Assembly: GCA_964247055.1 (NCBI GenBank)
Contig: OZ176051.1
Coordinates: 13,020,001 to 13,084,000 of the forward strand
Source of the DNA: Paragordius varius
Lineage: Eukaryota; Animalia; Nematomorpha
Direction: 5' to 3'
DNA length: 64,000 nucleotides
Both the position numbers and the translations under genes were made by a program. Each line of letters begins with the position of its first letter. Within the stretch, counting starts at the first letter, position 1. The notes beneath the pieces were generated by a model that saw nothing but the letters and a program-made list of their open reading frames with translations, did not search any database and had not been told where the DNA came from. Of the stretch, positions 1 through 12,114 are shown in pieces.

Positions 1-479
1 AGGATCGTCATATATCAATGGAAGTAATTGGCGTTGTAATCCATACGCTAATATGTAATAAGTATATTGAAGCATATCAACAAATCGAAGGCGAGTTAAC
101 CATTCATTACTAGCATTCGTTTTATGATATAAAGCATCGGTGGTAAATGTATCGGTTAAATTATGGAGGTGATCGAAGTTATTTGATGTGTTGGCCACAA
201 GCAAATTATCAGGTATATTTGTTAAACATTGTTTATACCTTTCTGTATAATCATTTTTATCGGGGTGCAACACATTGTGTATTATGGCCGGTTTTAACTT
301 ATCCCATAACCGATGTTTATACGATTGGGTCAAATCTGTCAAGTTTAATAAGGTCGTAAAAGTTGTGGACTGTCGCGTTATGTTTTGGATGGACTGGGAT
401 AGAATTGAATCATATAAATGATTTTCTGCATCATTTACCATAGACTTTGCCAGGTAAAAAATGTTGATTTGATATACTT
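1..479 (-). CDS. Exon 3 (runs off window) of glypican-like secreted protein
   Basis: Acceptor tttag| at 481-480, then 2 nt + 159 open codons: (E)VYQINIFYLAKSMVNDAENHLYDSIL...HNVLHPDKNDYTERYKQCLTNIPDNLL...LLPLIYDDP. Phase 1 matches the end of exon 2. It has no stop in the window, so it is absent from the ORF track. Confidence 0.7.
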
Positions 480-1677
480 CTAAATATATATGATAAAATT
501 AGCAAAATCTGTCAAATCTTTTTTTGTGAAAAATTATAATATAAATTCCCTCCAAAAAACTTATTAACGATTTTACGATCAAAAAAAATTTTGTCCAGTC
601 ATATTTATAACTAATTATCGTTATAATCAAGTAATATAATAGTTTAAAATATGTCTTTTCGCATAAATTGAAAATGTTTGTCAAAAAATAATAGATTAAT
701 CTATGAATGATTATAAACGGTAATATATGTATTAATTACAAATTTTTGTGAAATATATTTAAAACTTATATCCAAAAAAATGATAATGGTAATAGCAAAT
801 AAAGGGATGCCCGAATCCATTGTTTGGCAGTCCGTCTTTGTCATATATATAGGCACTTATAAATATTTTTTACAAACATAATATAAATACTATTTTATTC
901 ACCAATTTTTTCTAGTTCGTTGCCAATTGTAAAAACTTATTAGGAAAATTAATCAATATTTTTTAAGATTTTATAATATCTGCAGAATTTTTTATTTTTT
1001 GACAATCAAAATATTCGCAAGCTGAATGTTGAACGCTCCTGATTAATAGATTATTAATTTATTAAAAAAGATATTACCATAAATACCAACTTTAAGAAAT
1101 ATTTTTTTCACCAATAAAATATGCGATAAAAATTATCATTACAAATATATTTAATCAGGTTTGAGATAATATAATCAGATAATGTATGTTCTTTACATAG
1201 ACCAATTTACAGTATGCATTTTAATGTCTGTTAAGTAATTTTATTGCCTGCCAAATAACATAAATGGTTTATCAAAAGCGTAAAATACTGACCCACGAAA
1301 TTATTTCGTAGTACACATATGAAAGAAGATGGACGTGAGAATTAACATAGGCTTTAATTTGATGGATATTTTGTAATGTTAAATTTTGGGAATATTATAG
1401 CAATTTATGTTAACATTTGTAATATTGTTGTTACGTATTTAGATGCGAAATTTTGTGGGTTTTTATCTTTGATAAATTAATAAATAGTAAAATACGTATT
1501 TTAAGATATTTATTCCTAGATTTAATAATAAATATTTTTCAACATGCTAAATACCTGTATTAATTAATCTTGGTATTATAATTTTATGTTGTTATTACTA
1601 ATTAAAAAACACAGGTAAATATATATTTGTGAAAATTTAAGTAGATTTTTGTCTTTTATGTTTTGCATTATTTTTAT

Positions 1678-2790
1678 CAGGTAAAAATTGCGGTTTTTAA
1701 TAAATTTCCTAAAAATTTAGTTTTTTTTGTTTTTTAGGTTTTGCATTGTTAGTTGTAATTAATTACTACATATTTTGGACATTATAATAAATAGAGGTAA
1801 AAATTGCGGTTTTTAATAAATTTACTAAAAATTTAGTTTTTTAGGTTTTGCATTGTTAATTGTAATTAACTACTACATATTTTGGACATTTTAATAATTA
1901 CAGGTAAAAATTGCGGTTTTTAACAATTTAGTAAAAATTTTGTTTTTTTTGTTTTTTTAGGTTTTGCATTGTTAATTGTAATTAATTACTACATATTTTG
2001 GACATTTTAATAATTACAGGTAAAAATTGCGGTTTTTAACAAATTCAGTAAAAATTTAGTTTTTTTTTGTTTTTTTAGGCTTTGCATTGTTAATTGTAAC
2101 TAACTACTGCATATTTTAAACATTATAATAATTACAGGTAAAAATTGCGGTTTTTAACAAATTCAGTAAAAATTTTGTTTTTTTTTGTTTTTTTTAGGTT
2201 TTGCATTGTTAATTGTAATTAATTACTACATATTTTGGACATTTTAATAATTACAGGCAAAAATGGGGTTTTTAGCAAATTCAGTAAAAATTTAGTTTTT
2301 TTTTGTTTTTTTAGGTTTTGCATTGTTAATTGTAACTAACTACTGCTTGGACATTATTATAATTACAAAATTTAGTAAAAAGTTAATTTTTTTGTTTTAG
2401 AGGATTTTCATTGTTAATTGTAATTAATTAATTTTGGACATTTCAATTAATAAAGGTAAAAAATGAGGCTGTTTTTATATTTAATAAAATTTAATATTTT
2501 CTTGTTTTTTTATTTAATATTGTTAATTGTAATTAATTACTACACATTTGGAAATTTTAATAAATACAGGTGAAAATGGCGGTTTTTAACAAATTTCAAA
2601 TGTAACATTTTTTGTATCTTGTATCATTGTTAATTAATTAATTACTAAATATTTTGGACATTTAAAAAACTTGTGTAAATTGCGGTTTTTATTAAATCAG
2701 TAAATTTTATTTTTTGTTCAACCTTGCTAATTTATTTATCACTATATATTTGTGATACATTGATATATACAGGTAAAAATTACTATGACT
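1678..2790 (+). repeat. ~117-120-bp tandem subrepeats in left foldback arm
   Basis: Motif caggtaaaaattgcggtttttaa recurs at ~1678, 1795, 1900, 2017, 2133, 2253, with degenerate copies to ~2770. Confidence 0.85.
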
Positions 2791-4214
2791 GCGGTTTTTT
2801 GAATTTTTTAAAATATTTTTTTACATTGATAACTTATATAATAAATATAGTTAACATATCTGAGTAGGTAAAAATGCATGTTACGGTTTTATGTTTGACA
2901 TTATATTTTCCATCAACTATTTATATTTTAACAAACAACTTATGTCACCAAAGATTGAAAATAAGATCAAGATATATAAAACATCCTCGACAAATATAAA
3001 TAAATTTATTTAAATTATAAATGTATAATTATACAAAATATTCATATTATGGAAATTAACATTCTTCTTATTGATATTAATACAGGTAATTTTATATAAA
3101 TGATGTACGATGCGGTGTGCGTTCATGATGATCATATGGATTGAAGAATAGTATAAGATGTAGATAATCCTGAAATTAACCATCATTTTTTAGGTAGATT
3201 CTATCACCTAAAATATAAGATAATTGATATATTGAAAATTGATACCTGGATTAAATATTAGGGGAAACATTCATAGTTTGAAAGGGAACTCAAAAGGTTG
3301 ACTTGGCTTTTTAACAACTAAATTTGCAAAAAAATATTTTCTTCATGATAAAAAATTCAAAAATGATACCTTATTTTACATTTCGTTTTACCATCCTAAA
3401 CTATAAATATAAAAAATTATTCTTCACCAAAGCAAACAATGTTAGTGTTGCCTGCTTTTGGAGTGCTGTTGCATTCCAAGCTTTTGAAAAAAATTATTTG
3501 TTTCTATTTTCTATTTGACGTCATTGGTATGGTGAAATCATATAAGCCTTTTTATATTTATAGTTTAGGATGGTAGAACGAAAAAAAACATAAAGTATCA
3601 TTTTTGAATTTTTTATCATGAAGAAAATATTTTTTTGCAAATTTAATTGTTAAAAAGCCAAGTCAACCTTTTAAGTTCCCTTTCAAACTATGAATGTTTC
3701 CCCCAATATTAATCCAGGTATCAATTTTCTAATATATCAATTATCTTATATTTTAGGTGATAGAATCTACCTAAAAAATGATGGTGATTAAAATTTTCAG
3801 GATTATCTGCATCTTATACTATTCTTCAATCCATATGATCATCATGAACGCACACCGCATCGTACATCATCTATATAAACAAATTACCTGTATTAATATC
3901 AATAAGAAGAATGTTAATTTCAAACATAATATGAATATTTGTATAACTATACATTTATAATTTAAATAAATTTATTTATATTTGGCGATATTCAGATACT
4001 TTAAAAGATGTTTTATATATCTTGATCTTATTTTCAATCTTTGGTGACATAAGGTGTTTGTTAAAATATAAATAGTTGATTTGGAAAATAAAATGTCAAA
4101 CATAAAACCGTAACATGCATTTTTACCTACTCAGATATGTTAACTATATTTATTATATAAGTTATCAATGTAAAAAAAAATATTTTAAAAAATTCAAAAA
4201 ACTGCAAGTCATAG

Positions 4215-5000
4215 TAATTTTTACCTGTATATATCAATGTAACACAAATATATAGTGATAAATAAATTAGCAAGGTTGAACAAAAATAAAATTTACTAAT
4301 TTAATAAAAACCGCAATTTACACAAGTTTTTAAATGTCCAAAATATTTAGTAATTAATTAAAAAACAATGATACAAGATACAAAAAATGTTACATTTGAA
4401 ATTTGTTAAAAACCGCCATTTTCACCTGTATATTAAAATTTCCAAATAAATATGTAGTAATTAATTACAATTAACAATATTAAATAAAAAAACAAGAAAA
4501 TATTAAATTTTTACTAAATATAAAAACAACCTCATTTTTTACCTTTATTAATTAAAATGTCGAAAATTAATTAATTACAATTAACAATGAAAATCCTCTA
4601 AAACAAAAAAATTAAATTTTTACTAAATTTGTTAAAAACCGCAATTTTTACCTGTAATTATTATAATGTCCAAAATATGCAGTAGTTAACAATTAACAAT
4701 GCAAAACCTAAAAAAACAAAAAAACTAAATTTTTACTAAATTTGTTAAAAACCGCAATTTTTACCTGTAATTATTAAAATGTCCAAAATATGTAGTAGTT
4801 AATTACAATTAACAATGCAAAACCTAAAAAAACAAAAAAAACTAATTTTTACTAAATTTGTTAAAAACCGCAATTTTCACCTGTATTAATTATAATGTCC
4901 GAAATATGTAGTAGTTAATTACAATTAACAATGTTAAGTAAAAAAAATAAAAAAAATTAAATTTGACTTAATTTAAAAAGCGCAATTTTTACCTGATTAA
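4215..5000 (-). repeat. Reverse-complement copies of the ~117-bp subrepeat in right foldback arm
   Basis: ttaaaaaccgcaatttttacctg recurs at ~4635, 4745, 4860, 4975, with degenerate copies further left. There are fewer copies than in the left arm. Confidence 0.85.
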
Positions 5001-6268
5001 AATGTCTGAAATACTTAAAAATTATTAATAATTAACAATGCAAAACATAAAACACAAAAATCTAAAATCTACTTAAATTTTTATAAATATATATTTACCT
5101 GTTTTTTTTATTAGTAATAACAACTAAATAAAATTATAATACCAATATTATTTAATACAGGTATTTAGCATGTTGAAAAATATATATTATTAAATTTAGG
5201 AAGCATAAAAAATCTTAAAATACGTATTTTACTATTTATTAATTTATCAAAGATAAAAACCTATAAAATTCCGCATCTAAATACGTAACAATATTACAAA
5301 TGTTAACATAAATTGCTATAATATTCTCAAAATTTAACATTACAAAATATCCATCAAATTAAAGCCTATCTTAATTCCCACGTCAATCCTCTTTCATATG
5401 TGTACTACGAAATAATTTCGTGGGTCAGTATTTTACGCATTTGATAAACCATTTATGTTATTTGGCAGGCAATAAAATTACTTAACATACATTAAAATGC
5501 ATACTGTAATTGAAAAAATGGTATATAACGACAGCTACTTACACTTAACTTTTTCTTTTGGCATCTATATAAACATCAAAAGATAAAACATAAAGATACT
5601 AATGAAAAACCCCATTATTATTAATTAATAATTAACATTAGTATAAAAGGGATAAAAATTATTAACACACAATTATTTAATTAATATCTCATCACCAAGA
5701 AAAAAGTTAATCTGACCACATCAAAGAGAAAGTAAAAAAGTTACATATTAATATTTCACATTAAGGAAAATGTTTATTTCTCAAGTGGTTTATTATTATT
5801 TAATGTTATACCCTATATGTAAAACACTTTTTTATAACATTACATTAACAGGTACGACGATACAATACAATAATAAACAAATGGTTAAAATATAAAAACT
5901 GTAAAATTTATCAAATAAATTTTTACAATTATTCTCATGAGTACACCAAAAATATTTTTCAATTATTATTGATCCTAAATTTTAAACTAAATGTCATTTA
6001 TAATTCAAGGAGTCACAGATAAAAATATTTCAATTTTTTGAATATCTTGATAAAGCTTTAGGGTATATACAAAAATGCCATTAGTAAAGTCAAAATAATG
6101 ATAATAAGGAACAAATGTCTTTTTTAGGTACTACTTGTTATATACGACCAACAAGCAACATTGTATGTATGTAATCCATTATCTAATTAATTTTTTTTAA
6201 GACTAAAAATGTATGTAAAAAAAATATAAATAAATCAAAGAATTTCAAGCAAATAAAATAATTCTAAC

Positions 6269-6442
6269 CGGAAATATTTTGAAGGATAAGCAAATACGGT
6301 TTGAGTAGGGTATTGCTAAATGTTGTGGCTAGAAGCGTATTAAAACGATGAATAGCGGCAACGCGAAAAATTTGTTCCGTCTGTTCGGAGCAACAGGTGG
6401 AATTGGGCGTTGAAAAAGTCGAACATATTTTTAGGTTATTCG
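6269..6442 (-). CDS. Exon 2 of glypican-like protein
   Basis: Acceptor ttttttacatag|, donor G|gttag. 174 nt, phase 1-1: NNLKICSTFSTPNSTCCSEQTEQIFRVAAIHRFNTLL...LQNIS. The L-K-I-C...T-C-C motif resembles the glypican N-terminal motif. Confidence 0.7.
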
Positions 6443-6532
6443 CTATGTAAAAAAAATACATTTTTTATCCCGAAATAGTAGTGCATGATTTAAGAAAATT
6501 TATAATATATATATATATATATATATAATAAC

Positions 6533-6761
6533 TTGATGTTAATTTTGTGATGGTTAGTGTATTGTATGAATAATTTCCATTCCTTGTTGTCCTTGATAAT
6601 GAGGATAATACTGAATTTAGGGCTGGACATAGTGATTGTGATATATTTTGAGTATTAGAAAATTGGTTATTAATAATATATGAATCATAAGGGATAAACA
6701 AATAAATTATTAGAATAATGCTATATAAAAAATATTTTTTAGGCAATAAAAAAGTTCGCAT
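6533..6761 (-). CDS. Exon 1 (signal peptide) of glypican-like protein
   Basis: ATG at 6761: MRTFLLPKKYFLYSIILIIYLFIPYDS...SLCPALN...KLTS. Phase-1 donor A|gttatt is a weak consensus. The 90-nt intron contains (AT)n. Confidence 0.6.
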
Positions 6762-8000
6762 TTATTTTTAATCCGTAAAAATTTTCATTGAAATATTGTT
6801 ACTTTTTAAACTGTCCTGCTAACATGCAAAACAGATAGTTTAATGAAGATATGGAAATCGTATGATGCAGTAAAACATGCAAAATAATTTCTAATTAAAA
6901 AATGCAAAGTTAATGCTTTTTTGCATGATTTTGAAAAAAGTAAATTATGTTAGTAAATTTTTTAAATTTTTATGCAATCATTTTTTTATAAAATTTGTGT
7001 TGGAACTTTTTGATTAATTTATTGTTATCATTTAAGTTTAACTGTAGCAACAAAAATATTTTTAAAGAATAATTCCAGTTTTTAAAATATATTAATTTTA
7101 TTAAATAATTACTTATCACGTGTCAATTTGAAACCTGTAAAAATCGCAACAACAAAAACGATTCTGAAATCTTATATATAGCTACTGAACAATATGCGGA
7201 AATAAATTTTGATATCAAGTAGATATCACAATCTAGGGATCTTGGTTTTGACGCCGAACATCTTTGATATGTTAATAACCATAATTTACTATTATTTGAT
7301 AATTAAATGATTTTTTAATTTTATATTACACTGGTTTTTAAAGATTTTGAAATTTGATAAGGTTTTCAAAAGCAAATTATCAAGATTTGTCCCCAATAAA
7401 AAAATCAGTTACAAAATTCTTATTGGTTATAACTTTTATAATATTATAATAATTTTTGCATTATCTTATTTTTTAAGTGAGGGGGTACGGATTTATTTTG
7501 ATTGGGTGGGGCGTTAAAATGAGGTTGCGACCGCCGAAATTTTTAGTTTTAATAAACATACTTAACTTTTAATATTAATAAAAACACATGGAATCGACCT
7601 AAGTTTTAAAATAATATTTTATGAATTAATTATCATTCTCTAATTAACTTTTTATAGCATATATATGTTTTAGTATTGAACTAATCACATTTTTCTATCC
7701 ATCTTTGTGAGGTAGGTACACATGTTGTTTTTACAAAAAGCCTGGGGCTAAGAGTTTTTTAGACAAAACTGATACTTAACTAAAATTAATTATTCCCAAA
7801 ATTTTTACGCTGGAGCTTTTATACAGATATATAAATTAAAACAAATAGATCCTGAACGCTTTTTTGACTGATTATTTTATTTTTAATATTGACACCCCCG
7901 GTTAATTTTTGGATTTGGTCCTCTAATATAGAATAATAAATTAGAAAATTATATAGCAAAATTGAGAGAATTACGCATTATATACTATGAACTAAAGAAT

Positions 8001-9945
8001 AGCTAAAATGCGTTTATTATAAAAATATAAATTTAATTTTCGACTTTTATTGTAAAGTACTTATCAAAAAAATTATAGAGTAATAAGATGCCTTATAAAA
8101 TGTGATAGAGATAATTGATGGAAAAAAACCAGTAACATCAAAAATGTTGTATATTGGAAAAAATCAATTACCTTTACAACATTATAAAGGACATAAATTA
8201 TGATAAGTGTAATGGATTGTGTGATAATTATAATGGATTGATATAAGTTTATATTGTTATTGTATTAGTACATGATTCCGAATAGTGGACAATACTAGAC
8301 AATCGTCCCTGTTAAGTGATACATTGTGTTTCTTAATTTCTATTGATTCGCGTATGAGACGCTTGTTATGGTTTTCTATATTTGTAATAACCTTGGTGTC
8401 AGTAATGAAGTGTCCTTCGTTGCAAAGGTGTTCAGAGAAACCCGAAGTGGGTTTATTAAGTCGGATGTATTGAGAGTGTTCACGTAAATGAACGTCTAGA
8501 CTTCTACCACTTTCATCTATATAGGCGCTTTCACATGAACATGTGGCTTTGTGGTACCAGGTAGCTTGTTTTTTGATATAGGATTTTTGCATTTGACAAG
8601 ATTGAAAAGTTTTGTCATCGATTTATACACTGTACGGATATTAAATTTATTGAGAATTTTACCGATTTTGGTGGTAACATTATTAATGAAATGTAAGAGC
8701 TGTACAAAATTATTATCTTTTTTGTGTGAGCTTTTGTGAAGAACTTTATCAAAAAGTTTTAGGGGTAGCCATTTATTTCAAACGTATGTTTGAGATTTGA
8801 TAATTCTGTTGGAGATGCTGAGTCACATAAGTCTTAGGCCCTTATGGATGACTGTTTTAATAAATGAGTAATTTGAGCTGGGTGGTGGTGCGAGTGAGCG
8901 TTTAGGTAGAGGTTGGTGTGCAATGGCTTACGATAGACCGTGTGATTGAGATGGCCATCGGTTGTTTTGGTAATGTATGTATCTTAATAGCTTACAGAGG
9001 TATTATTGTATTCCATGGTGAAATTAATATTTTTATTTAGTTTGTTTATACGATCAAAAAAATTACGTAACCTGTCTTCTCCGTGGGGCCTGACATAACA
9101 TAGCCACATGGTAGGAAGAAATTCGGAAGTGTTGAATGTCTGTTTTTCCAGGTTTTCCATGTAGATATCTGCTATCGGTGATATGCTTAGTCCCATTGGT
9201 ATACCATTGTTTTGGAGGTAAAACTCACTATTGAAAACAAAAAAATGTGTTATATAGACAAATCCGGATCAATTTGGGCATATCTGGATTAAGCCTGTTT
9301 CTGTGAAACTGTTTATAATATCCATAATTTCTGGTTTAGGTATTTTGTAAAGAGTGATTCTACATCTAGTCTTACTAAGAGGTGGGCGTCTTGAATTTGT
9401 AAATTTTTAATTTTGGAAATAAAATCAGAACTGTTTTTTACGTATGAGTTTGTTTTGTGCGCAAATGGTTTTAGGTGTTTATTTAAGAAGTTGTTTTAAG
9501 AGTGTCGGATGGAGAGTTAATGTTGCTTACCATGCGACGTAATGGCGTTCCTTGTTTGTGGATTTTGGTTAGGCCATATATCCTGGGCGGGATTGTAAAT
9601 TATGGTGTGACGGCTGTTTTTTCTTTAGGCGTTAATTGACGGCTTTTTAGTTAGTTATTATTGTTGTGGAATGTTTTTTATTGATAGTATAATCGCCAGT
9701 TTTTAAATAGTCTATTTTGTTTACATACTGAGATTTTGACATAATCAGAGTGGAACCTTTGTCACCGGGTAACATTCTTATGTCGAGGTTGTTGATAGCA
9801 TCCTTGAATGCTTTGTATTCATTTCGTGTGTAATTTGGTGGTGGTAATTTAGCTTTTTTAATAATCTGACTGGTTTCACTTCTAATTATATCTGCTTGAG
9901 ATTGGGTTAGATTGCGAATACTGCTTTCTATTTCTGTGATAATAC
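8001..9945 (-). mobile_element. Decayed Penelope-like retroelement, inverted copy
   Basis: Reverse complement of ~10155-12114. GIY-YIG-like CSCESAYIDESGRSLDVHLREH (ORF 8257-8592) and RT fragment (ORF 8984-9196). An 18-nt deletion removes the DD of YVDD. Confidence 0.85.
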
Positions 9946-9959
9946 TTTAAACATTTATA

Positions 9960-12114
9960 ACAAAGTAACAATTAATAAGGATAGAAAAGAAAAGTTCTCA
10001 AACGACAACACACTAACAAACCAAACAACAGTTCCAGTCCGATTGAATTTAATCATACAGTTGTTAACCTTTCCGGTATTCCATATAATCTTATATCTAT
10101 ATTAGTACGTGGTCTTAATTTTGCTATAACATCCTCTTACATACCAAAAGAAACTATTATCACAATTGAAAGCATTATTCGTAATCTAACCCAATCTCAA
10201 GCAGACATAATAGAAGTGAAACCAGTCAGATTATTAAAAAAGCTAAATTACCACCACCAAATTACACATGAAATGAATACAAAGCATTCAAGGACGCTAT
10301 CAACAACCCCGACATAATAATGTTACCCGCTGACGGTTCCACTCTGATTATGTCAAAATCCCAGTATGTAAACAAAATAGACGATATATTAAAAACTGAC
10401 GATTAAACTATCACTAAAAAAGATTCCACAACAAGAATAACTAACTTAATTAAAAGCCGTCAATTTAACGCCTAAAAAAACAGCCGCCACACCATAATTT
10501 ACAATCCCGCCCAGGATATATGGTTTATAAAATCCACAAACAAGGAACGCCATTACGTTCCATTGAGCAACATTAACTCCTCATCCGACAAACTCTCAAA
10601 ACAACTTATTAAATAAACGCCTAAAACCATTTGCTCACAAAACAAACTCATACGTTAAAAACAGTTCTGATTTTATTTCCAATTAAAAATTTACAAATTC
10701 AAGACACCCACCTCTTAGTAACACTAGATGTAGAATCACTCTTTACAAGATACCTAAATCAGAAATTATGGATATAATAAACAGTTCACAAACAGTAGGC
10801 CTTAATCCAGATATACTTCAATTGATCCGGATTTGTCTATCTAACACATTTTTTTGTTTTCAATAGTGAGTTTTACCTCCAAAACAATGGTACACTAATG
10901 GGACTAAGCATATTACCGATAGCAGATATCTATATGGAAAACCGGGAAAAACAGATATTCAACATTTCCGAATTTTTTCCTACCATGTGGCTACGTTATG
11001 TCGATGACATATTTGTTATCTGGCCCCACGGAGAAGGCAGGTTACGTAATTTTTCGATCATATATAAAAACTAAATAAAAATATTCTTTTTACCATGGAA
11101 TACAATAATACCTCTGTAAGCTTTTTAGATACATACATTACCAAAACAACGGATGGCCATCTCAATCACACGGTCTATCGGAAGCCAAACTCACACCAAC
11201 CTCTACCTAAACGCTCACTCGCACCATCACCCAGCTCAAAAACACTCAGTTATTAAAACACTCATCCATAGGGCCTATGACCTATGGGGCTCAGCCTCTC
11301 TAACAACAGAATTATCGAATCTCAACCCTACGTTTGAACGAAATGCTACCCCAAAAAACTTTTTGATAAAATTCTTCACAAAACCTCACACAAAAAGATA
11401 ATACATTTATACCCACAGCTACCTTACCTTACATTAATAAAGTTACCACCAAAATCGGTAATATTCTCAATAAATTTAATATCCGTACAGTGTATAAATC
11501 GATGACAAAACTTTTCAATCTTGTCAAATGCAAAAATCCTATATCAAAAAACAAGCTACCTGGTACCACAAAGCCACATGTTCATGTGAAAGCGTCTATA
11601 TAGGTGAAAGTGGTAGAAGTATAGACGTTTGTTTACGTGAGCACTCTCAATACATCCGACTTAATAAACCCACTTGAGTTTATCTGAACACGTTTGCAAC
11701 GAAGGACATATTATTACTGACACCAAGGTTATTACAAATATATAAAACCATAACAAGCGTCTCATACGCGAATCAATAGAAATTAAGAAACACAATGCAT
11801 CACTTAACAGGGACGATGGCCTAGTACTGTCCCCTATTTGGAATACAATAACATAACTTTATATCCATCCATTATAATTGTCACACAATCCATCACATTT
11901 ATCATAATTTATGTCGTTTATAATGTTGTAAAGTTAATTGATTTTTTTTAGTAAACAACAATTTTGATGTTACTGGTTTTTTTCATTAATTACCTCTATC
12001 ACACTATATAAGGCATCTTAATAGGTTATAACTCATTTCAATCTTTTTCGATAAAGACTTTACAATAAAAGTCGAAAATTAAAATTTATATTTTTTAATA
12101 TACGCATTTCAGCT
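9960..12114 (+). mobile_element. Decayed Penelope-like retroelement (RT + GIY-YIG endonuclease)
   Basis: Frameshifted RT motifs: LVTLDVESL, WLRYVDDIFVIW (YVDD at 10997-11008), TNLYLNAHSHHHPAQKHSVIKTLIHRA, followed by SCESVYIGESGRS (YIG at 11597-11605). Multiple stops and frameshifts. Confidence 0.9.

Larger units (their letters stand above)
1210..5506. mobile_element. Non-autonomous foldback DNA transposon, Tc1/mariner-type ends
   Basis: TA|CAGTATGCATT at 1208-1220 and AATGCATACTG|TA at 5496-5508. The arms (~1210-3415 and ~3549-5506) are reverse complements nearly to the centre, with a ~130-bp spacer. No transposase ORF. Confidence 0.85.

Noticed and set aside
147-6100. Short ORFs 147-359, 499-684, 3324-3518, 3778-3960 and similar 60-90-aa ORFs elsewhere
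   Set aside because: They are low-complexity AT-derived ORFs, antisense to real exons or inside repeats, with no recognisable motifs.
12045-12085. Hammerhead-ribozyme-like motif at the Penelope 3' end (GACTT-loop-AAGTC-GAAA)
   Set aside because: Penelope-like elements often carry hammerheads, but the CTGANGA core is mismatched (TCGATAA) and no stem I is evident. At best a decayed relic; an Infernal search of the family consensus would decide.
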